Positions 51,441 through 54,908 of a DNA stretch of 54,908 nt are shown piece by piece; the first letter of the stretch is position 1, and each line of letters begins with the position of its first letter. This DNA comes from Sarea resinae (Eukaryota), in assembly GCA_026026165.1 (NCBI GenBank), contig JAPEUD010000030.1, positions 186,001 to 240,908 on the forward strand, read 5' to 3'. Under the pieces are notes generated by a model, which saw nothing but the letters and a program-made list of their open reading frames with translations, did not search any database and had not been told where the DNA came from. Made by a program: the position numbers and the translations under genes.

Positions 51441-53170
51441 AACCTCTATCTATATTATAGTAGGTAAAAACACTGTCTTTCTACTAATCTTTACCTCTTT
51501 AAGGCATTAAACTAAGCCTAAGTAAGAATTAACAGTGTTTTCTTAATAGTGTTTTTACACCTATTAAAAAACGCTCTCTACCTACTAACCTAACTACTTT
51601 AATAGCTGCCTTAATCTTTACCTATACACTTACTCTTTGTTTATTTAATTGCTAGCCTACTAGCATTAATTTCCTACTCTTAGAGTTACTCTATCTTTTA
51701 GAGTTACTTAGAGTTAGAGGTATTAAAAGGTGATTGCAGCTAGCTAAGGCAGACTAACAGCGCACTTTACCTCTAGCACCTATATAGCGCTTTAAGAAAA
51801 GAAGAAGGCTTGCTTATATCTAATCTACTAGCTGCTGTTTAAAGATTAAAAAACTTCTAGATAGTCTAGAAGAAAAAGCTATCTATATATATACACTACA
51901 CTTACCTAGCTTGCTAGCTATTTAGCTAGCCTAGCTAGTAAAATCTACTAGAAGAGTTTAAGTGTCACTTAGAGTTAAAAGAGGATTAAGAGGTTATTAT
52001 AATAAGCTAAGGTATACTAACTAAGCACTTTACCTATAGTAGCGCTGTTATAGGTCAGAATAGTTCGGTTAGGATTAGTCAGCAAATTATATGCATTGTT
52101 CTTAGGGCATGTAGTTTAAAGAGGATAGTGTTACATTAAGAGGTTAGGATTAATTTAGGAAGATTATTAGTTTAGTTATGTTTAGCTTTTTAGGCAGCTT
52201 AGAAGCGCAGAGCAGTTCTTTATTCTTTAGTTAAATCAATTAATTAAGAGCTCTCTTACTACTTCTTTTCTAGAGAAGCAGTCACTTTCTAATCCCTTTG
52301 CTTTATACTATTCTACTAATTATACCTTAGTAGTAGGTTGTTAAGTAGTTGTTATAGCTATCTTATTAACTACATAAAGAGTTATTAGGACTATCTAGGT
52401 GTTCTACTTTAGCACTGATTTAGTGCGTCTATTTTGTCTCTCTATATTAGTGACCTATATAGGGCTTAAACTGTTTGCATTTACTTAAATCACAGCTAAG
52501 TGCAATGCTACTAAGAGCAAATTTTAGAACGTTAAATAAAGCGTGAAGCTAGACTAGAAAGAGTAGTATATTAGTAAGGAAGATAAGGCGTTAATACTAT
52601 TAACTGCTAGCTAGACTAGTTAGACTTATTTAGAAGAAGAGTATATAAGACCCTAAAATCTAAGGGAGTAGTGCTCTAGAGAAGATTTAGAAATTACACG
52701 CTTAGCAAACATTAGGACTGTCTAATTGTTTGCGCAGCTAATAGCAACATTAAGAAGGAACATTGCAATTAGGTAGGAAATTAAATAGCAACATATAACA
52801 GCAATGTATTAAGCAAGGCCTTTAGTGTTGTTAGCACACTAAGGGAAGAAATTTTCACAATAGCCCTACAAAGAAAAAGAGGCACTTATAATAAAGCAAG
52901 AGAACCTTATAGTTATAGCAGAATACAAAAATCAAGGAGAATTTCTAAGCAGAAGAAAGGAAAGAAGAGAATTATTACAGCATATTAGAAAAGCTTGTCC
53001 TTTAGATCATTTAAGAAACTATAAGAATTATTACACTAGCTATTATTGCTGCTATATCTGCCTTATCTACTAGCTTAAACGCAAGTCTTATTATAGGATT
53101 AACTCTAGCAGTGTCTACTCTACTAGGAGAAAGCACTATAGAGTCTTCTAGCCTTTAATACTTACAGCCT

Positions 53171-54782
53171 ATGCCTTTGCCTAGAAGTTATAGCGTGCCT
53201 TACTTTACTAGAGTTAATGCTACTAAATTCCTTAAGCAATATAAAGGAATATGTATAGACTACTAGCTTAGCCTTAAAGAAGCATTTAAGAGGCTACTAC
53301 ACTACTATAAGAGCATTGTAGCTAGGAATATTAAGACTATACTAGAATTCAAAACTAATTAGGAAGAATTTAAGAAATCCTTGCTAAGAGAATACACTAA
53401 TTAAGATATAGAACAGCAGATTAACTCCTATACCTATCTTAAAGCATTAAAGAATAGAACTAGAGCCTAGAAGACAGCTAAGGAAATTCGCTATTACTGC
53501 CGCCAATTTATAAGCATCTCCTACAGTCTTATCTAGAAGAATAAACTTAATAGATATTCTTACCTCCTTTAGTTTCTATAAGGCCTTCTAGAGACTATAC
53601 AAGCTAAAGTTATTTCTTAAAGATATATTAACCTTAATAAGTACAGCATTACTAACCTAGACTTTAAGAAAGTATACAACCTAGCTATTAAACAATGCAA
53701 ATCTATCTGCGCTCTTTAAAAACTTAATGAAAAGGAACTAACAAAGACTATATAACTGTTAATTAAGAACTAGAAGCTAGTCCTAAAGACTAACTTAGCT
53801 GAACTGCTTAAGCTGCCTGTAACTTCTAAGCTAACTTAGGCAACAACTACTGCTAAGACTAATAAGGCTATTAAGGATATTACTACCTAGCTTGCAAATC
53901 TTATCCTGCTAGTTAAAGTAGCAAATAAGAATGCAATAATAACAGCTAAGCTGCTTGCCTCTCTACTTGTATTATAGAACTAAGGTGTAGCATAGAATAG
54001 ATTAGCAAATGCTTAACTAGCACCTAGTGCTGCAGTAGCCTTAGCTAGGAACAATAGCGAATTACCTATACTAGAATGTTAAGGGTGTAGAAGAACTAAC
54101 TATAGCGTTACTAATTGCCCTATAATTAGACAGTTACTCGCCTATTCTAAAATCTACTTTAACAAGCAAAACAGAATGTGCCTAGGACCTAAAGAAAGCA
54201 GCAGACCTAAATTAAGGATTCCTAGAGGAAAATATCGCGCTATGTTTGCTAAGCAAGAATATAAGAAGTAGTATAATTAGTGCAAACAAGAAATTAGAGT
54301 CAACTCTATTTGCATTGCCTCTATTAGTGCAAGAGACCTGCAAGCTAATAATACTAATAAGGAGGTAAAAGACAGTGAAAACTCTGCCTTAGTTTAAGCA
54401 GCACGTTAGCTAGAGAAGATTTTAAGACGTGGATCTAATTTGACTTAGGGTGTAAAGGTGCTTAACCTCTAGAGTAGAATATAGAAACAAAGGATTAAGA
54501 AAGAAGATAAGCTCTTAACTGTAAAGAACATTTGTCTAGGAACCTATTAGAGAAGCTAGTATGCTAAGGAGAGAGACATTGTGTATATAAGGATAAGCAA
54601 GGATTAAGAAACTCTTAGACTGTCTAGAAGTCTAAAAGAAGTAAAATTTAAAGTCTTAGAAGAGATAGAAATAGATTAGTCGACAAATAAGAAGCAAAGA
54701 CGTCGACAACTATTAGATCTAATTAAAGAGGAGGCGAACCCTGCTAAACTTGTTAGAAAGATACTAGATCAACCGTTAGCAC
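53171..54782 (+). mobile_element. Ty3/gypsy LTR-retrotransposon gag relic, truncated by the telomere
   Basis: MPLPRSYSVPYFTRVNATKFLKQY at 53171 reads as a RIPed MPxPG..PYF.G.N.TEFL gag start. An in-frame zinc knuckle C-*-G-C-RRTN-Y(TAT, from CAT)-SVTN-C sits at 54077-54118. The same frame reads KILDQPLAL at the telomere junction. Confidence 0.8.
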
Positions 54783-54908
54783 TTAGGGTTAGGGTTAGGG
54801 TTAGGGTTAGGGTTAGGGTTAGGGTTAGGGTTAGGGTTAGGGTTAGGGTTAGGGTTAGGGTTAGGGTTAGGGTTAGGGTTAGGGTTAGGGTTAGGGTTAG
54901 GGTTAGGG
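54783..54908 (+). repeat. Telomere, (TTAGGG)21
   Basis: 126 bp of perfect TTAGGG to the end of the window, G-rich strand running 5'->3' toward the end. Confidence 0.99.

Larger units (their letters stand above)
50390..54782. mobile_element. RIP-degraded subtelomeric transposon block
   Basis: Abrupt switch to AT-rich, TAG/CTA/TAA-rich, CpA/TpG/CpG-poor sequence with no ORF of 60 aa or more in the supplied track. Confidence 0.9.

Overview
Right-hand end of a filamentous ascomycete (Pezizomycotina-type) chromosome. Genes have short GT-AG introns with CTRAY branch points, and the window ends in 21 TTAGGG telomere repeats. Bases 1-50.2 kb hold about 17 genes plus pseudogenes. Housekeeping genes are MRPL39/bL33m, RPN7, ABD1, PEX11, a BOR1-type and a GIT1-type transporter, a mitochondrial carboxylate carrier and NSE2/MMS21. 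There is also a divergent PDR-type ABC transporter + Zn2Cys6 regulator pair, two small secreted cysteine proteins with a shared motif, an SDR, a DUF6594-type gene, a 2OG-Fe(II) oxygenase pseudogene and a probable heavily decayed NB-ARC/TPR (NLR-like) relic. The last ~4.4 kb before the telomere is RIP-mutated, AT-rich transposon DNA. It includes a Ty3/gypsy gag frame that runs straight into the telomere, which suggests a chromosome break healed by de novo telomere addition. Smaller RIP islands share a ~80-bp inverted-repeat element. I found no clearly new biological system. The best leads are the telomere/gag junction, the TF-ABC module with repeated TCGG-N2-CCGA sites, the two secreted proteins and the NLR relic. 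All gene identities come from motif recognition by eye; no database search was run.
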